This document shows, one piece after another, positions 30,935 to 34,995 of a stretch of DNA of 34,995 bases (the stretch's first letter is position 1; the number at the start of each line of letters is the position of its first letter). Source of the stretch: Macrostomum lignano (taxonomy: Eukaryota); contig NIVC01004791.1 of assembly GCA_002269645.1 (NCBI GenBank), positions 1 to 34,995 of the forward strand. Reading direction: 5' to 3'. The notes below the pieces were generated by a model. The model was given only the letters and a program-made list of their open reading frames with translations. It was not told where the DNA came from and did not search any database. A program made the position numbers and the translations under genes.

Positions 30935-32894
30935 TATTATACCAACTGCTACCTACCAAAATGCTGATTGCACTCTCCAGTTGCCACACAAAGACTCAAG
31001 CTTGGAATGCACTTCTTCATTATAACAATGCTTCCACCTACAAGTCTAGGCAAGTGGTCAAATTCCTGATTAGAGAACGTATTCAATAACCTGGCCATCT
31101 ACCCTACAACGCAGACCTGACCTAATGCGATTTTTTTGACTTTGTGTTTCCACAAATCAAGCAGAGGATGCATGGTATTCATCAGTGATTAGACATGTCA
31201 AGGAGGTGCCAAGTTTAGAGTCATCCCGCTGCCTCAATAAGTGGTTTTAGAGGATGCAATAGTGCATAGACTCTTCTAGACAGTATCTATAAAAAATCTA
31301 AGTTAGTTGCTTTCTGACTATTTCAGTCTTAGCACATCTGGAAACTTATTGCACAACCTAGAATAAGGGAAAAATTGGGAACTTTTACTGAAAATGTGAT
31401 TTACCTATAAAATAAACCCTAAAATAAAAAAATTATTGCAATTTGGATAAATAGTAAAAGTTACTATGACTGTTTATTAAGGCTAAATGCCTAACATCTA
31501 ATTAGTACTACATCTATTTTCTTTTGAGTGGACATTTTTGCAACTTACCCTAGTCTACCATAATTTATGGTAGCTAGATTGGCTAGGTTTGGCTAGTAGT
31601 TGCACATGTAAATACAGAATAATAGTATAATATTAGCAAATTTATACCACAAACATGATTATGGTATAAATTGCCTCTGGCTTTTGGCTACATTTGCAAG
31701 AAAAATGGTTTAAAAACAAGCCATAGGCATAGTTTTGCTTCTAGCTAGCCTAAGCATAACAGAAAGCAGAAGGGCAACTATTTTTGTGGAACACAACACA
31801 AAATGATTATTAAACAATTAATATTATATATTTAGTGCTTATATAGCCTAGGTCATTAGAAAACAGGTAAAAGTGCCTAAAGTCTAGTTATTTAATTTTA
31901 GGTATTGTGTAGATTTTTTACCTATTTTATTATTGTGAAAATATACACTGGCAGATTTTACAAATTAATCCATGACTTCCAGTCACTTCTAATATACGTT
32001 AGGCTAGAGCAGAATACTTAGTAGGCAATGCCAAGACCTGCAAGAAGTTTCGGTTCGCGAACTTCGCGTAGCTTAAGCACGCACGCACGGCACATTGGTT
32101 CTGAGGTTCTGCTGTGTTTTAATTTAATTTAATGCGTATCACGCTTTCTATGAAAGGCAACTTTTGTTTTAGAAACGTTTATTAAATCAAATATTAAGAC
32201 TTTGTTATAAAGTTATTAAAAAAACTCGAAGATGAAAAGTCTGCCTTGCATCTTAATTGTTTTGAAAATCTAAAACAGATCTTTTGTTTGTCCAAAAATA
32301 TTTACTGAACATTTTTTGTTATTTGGGCATGATCTGTAGGCATACAGCAGCTTCAGCCCAAGGAATCATTTAAACTTTTGAGCGAGCGAAAGATGCCAAT
32401 AAGATGATAACTCTACTTTTTTCAAAACAATAGAACCAAGGACTGCAATATTCAGTTAGAACCATTTAATTACTACTATTTTTTACTCGTAAATTAATTT
32501 TTCTCAATTCTCTACGTTGCGTACATGTCTATTCTAAGTGAGACATAATCATGCAGCTTCTGCGTTAATTTTATAGCGCATAGCATATAGCGCTTTTATG
32601 CATGTTTGCAAATAAACAAAAAATACAATCAAAATTGAGAATTATTAGTATGTACGTGTGACACAAGGACCATTATACAGTGTCAGTGTCATACAGTGTC
32701 ATATAATGCAAAACAATGCTCCGCCTCCAATTTAAGCGAGACAATTGCGTCTAATTATGGCCTTTTTAAAGATAGAGAATAAGTCAAGATACTTCATACT
32801 CAAATTCTCTAGTCATTCTCTTTACTACACAACTATTTTCCGTGTTCGACCATATCTTGAGCGAAATTATAACTACACATCACATCATGATGCA

Positions 32895-33365
32895 CATGGG
32901 CGTCGCCATGGATTTTATGGTGGGGGGGACAAATTTTTCAAACCAAGAATTCAAAATGTACATACATGCACATGACTCAATTTTGGCACTCATTTTGGCG
33001 CAGCATTCACCCATTTTAGCGCCGCAGGCACTCATTTTAGCGCCGTAGGCATTCCTATTAGCGCCGCAGCCACTCATTTTAGCGCCTCGGGTATTCTTTT
33101 TAGCGCCGCAGGCACTCATTGTAGCGCCGCAGGCACTCATTTTAGGGCCGCATTCACTCATTTTAGCGCCGCAGGCACTCATTTTAGCGCCGCAGGCACT
33201 CATTTTGGCGCCGAAGGCGCTATATTTTGGCGCCCTGAAGAAAAATTTTTGATTACCACAACGACTCACAAGATGGGGTGGGGGGACAAAGCAATGGCAT
33301 GTCCCCCCTAGAGCTTTTACTGGGAGGGACATGTCCCCCCTGTCCCCCCGGTGGCGACGCGCCTG
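32895..33365. mobile_element. 471-bp hAT-like MITE with an internal 21-bp minisatellite
   Basis: TIR CATGGGCGTCGCCA / reverse-complement CAGGCGCGTCGCCA (12/14); perfect 8-bp TSD ATGATGCA (32887-32894 and 33366-33373); subterminal GGGGGGACA/TGTCCCCCC motifs. Confidence 0.9.
32980..33237. repeat. 21-bp tandem repeat (TTTTAGCGCCGCAGGCACTCA), ~12 copies, inside the MITE
   Basis: Directly visible; gives the GAKMSAC periodic ORF. Confidence 0.9.
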
Positions 33366-34031
33366 ATGATGCATAAATGTATAGCACTTTTCTTAAGGAT
33401 TTTGCTGAAGCAATCAAGGCGGCGCCACTGGCCAAGTGTGCATATACGTACGCATTTTCAGTCATCAATGAAATTTCTGTAAAAAAAGCAACTAAAGTAG
33501 TAAGAAGAGGATAAAATCCTTTGTATATTGGACACCTGAGATAATTTCACTCGTCATCAATTCAAACAACTTCTTGGTTCTGGACCTATTCCCATGACTA
33601 TCAAAGCTTCATTGACAGGCTGCAGCTTTTCTAACAACCTGACAATTTTAGACAGCGCAGCAAAAACCTGCTGAAAGACAGAAAGTAGAAGTCATTTTCA
33701 CAGTCATACGCCTTCCATGATATCTTCCTTGCCATGCATTATTTGTGTTTCGTTGAATCCAACCCGTCCAAATGTCAATATTGGCTTGCCATACCAACAT
33801 GAATTCGCAGTAGCATAGAGTCTTTAGCCACGCCAGGTACATGTATGCCAATTCATGAGAAGCGACCAAAAGCGGTCGGTGCAAATGCACTATTTGCACA
33901 AAGGTCTGTGGTGTGTGTTCCGTTGCAGGCAAACTGTGTATGGAATATGAAAGGCATAAATGCCCAAGTTCTAAAGCCTTGAGAGACAAAAGTCTCTGCT
34001 TTGTTAGCCCAATGAATTAAGCTGATAGAAA

Positions 34032-34752
34032 ATGACAGAGACACTGAATCGAGTGATCAGTCTCATCAGTCGGCCACCAGAAAGCAGATCTGAGCAGGCC
34101 ATAACAGATATCATTCCATGGCTATCAAAGCAGTCTTCAGTGTTCAGCACAGCCTCTAAAGGTAATTTGCAATATTGAAGCATTATATTTTCTCCTACTT
34201 ACATGTGTATAACAGCCCAGTTGTACAAAAATAGTACTAAACTAATAATTGATTCCGTTATACAGAGGTGATGCTGGACATCTTGCGTCACTGCGAATAT
34301 CGCAAATGTCAACGTGATGACGTCATTATCTGGCAAGGCGAGCGCGGAGAAGAGTAAGTATAGCTTACCTAATAAAAAATTGAAAGATTATACTTAACAA
34401 ACCTCGTTAGAGAATCAAACCCGCATGCTGCCAGTGAACTTGCTTCCAACGCAGGTTTTACGTGATGCTGTCGGGTAGACTTCAATTTTCATAGATCCGA
34501 CAAAGAGCGCGGGAGGTCGCACCCATGACAGGCGTTGATGACGAAGAATCGCTCGCCAAGTGCTGGGAACCGCACCCGAAGCTCCAGCTCCCCTTCCGAA
34601 GGCTCTGTCAGGTGCGGATAAAATGCGACAACTGCTAATGCAACTTGATCAAGAGGCCAAGGACAAGCAGCGGCAGCTGCAGCCGGAGGCGAAAGAGGAA
34701 GAAGTTGCTATGTTTGACCGAAAAGTGCTCGGCAACTTTATATTTCAATTGG
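34032..34752 (+). CDS. Cyclic-nucleotide-binding-domain protein, first three exons (3'-partial); exon 3 carries frameshifts
   Basis: Exons 34032-34161 (MTETLNRVISLISRPPESRSEQAITDIIPWL...), 34266-34353 (EVMLDILRHCEYRKCQRDDVIIWQGERGE) and 34455-34752 (EFYVMLSG...FDRKVLGNFIFQLG|gtgaga). Splice phases are consistent. The xxQGExGxxFYVxLSG motif is the cNMP-binding beta-barrel signature. Confidence 0.75.
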
Positions 34753-34782
34753 GTGAGAGTTCAAGCCACTACTATATAGCAG

Positions 34783-34995
<213 letters not shown>

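Larger units (their letters stand above)
29247..31365 (+). mobile_element. Fossil mariner (Tc1/mariner) transposon with a decayed transposase, split by two insertions
   Basis: Hand translation across frames gives YKSVLRQQESFE*FQVAFGNEAPSRT | TVF.K.FAEFQ.R.QSLDDEE, IEDDVRATVVQIEAE, *VPHHLMEEQKEAWVAWC (WVPHxL motif), NSVWEIING, FEPETKQQLAQW, LLHYNNAS, HLPYNADLT*CDF (YSPDLAP motif) and KWF*RMQ*CIDSSRQYL. Degenerate TIRs share GGT..TGCAATAAGTT (~29247-29268 and 31343-31365). Length without the two inserts and one copy of each TSD is ~1.25 kb, typical of mariner. Confidence 0.88.

Noticed and set aside
31400-32880. Possible genes or RNA genes in the AT-rich stretch, including a small hairpin near 32045-32066
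   Set aside because: No ORF with coding character and no tRNA, rRNA or snRNA motifs recognised; the hairpin is too short to be distinctive.
33588-33610. ATTCCCATGACTATCAAAGC resembling 34113-34131 in CNBD exon 1
   Set aside because: Similarity does not extend either side and there is no reading frame or splice signal to support a duplicated exon.

Overview
Eukaryotic (metazoan) genomic DNA with GT-AG introns, GC-rich exons and very abundant minisatellites. The architecture resembles the free-living flatworm Macrostomum, but that is inference only. Gene order: a partial gamma-glutamyltransferase (GGT-A, + strand, five indels relative to its paralog), tail-to-tail with a full-length paralog (GGT-B, - strand, one frameshift). 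Four more minus-strand genes follow: an uncharacterised coiled-coil protein, peroxisomal alkyl-DHAP synthase (AGPS), mitochondrial ribosomal protein L4 (MRPL4) and an inositol-1,4,5-trisphosphate 3-kinase. Next come a fossil mariner transposon interrupted by two nested insertions, a hAT-like MITE that carries its own minisatellite, and the first three exons of a + strand cyclic-nucleotide-binding-domain gene. Between 8.5 and 28.5 kb every intron and every intergenic interval holds its own, different tandem array, together about half of that sequence. Other points of note are a ~550-bp degenerate palindrome just 3' of the GGT-A stop, a C-terminal PTS1 (-AKL) on AGPS, and a GT-to-GC donor difference between the two GGT paralogs. 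Exon boundaries were hand-derived from splice signals, reading-frame continuity and remembered family motifs; no searches were run.
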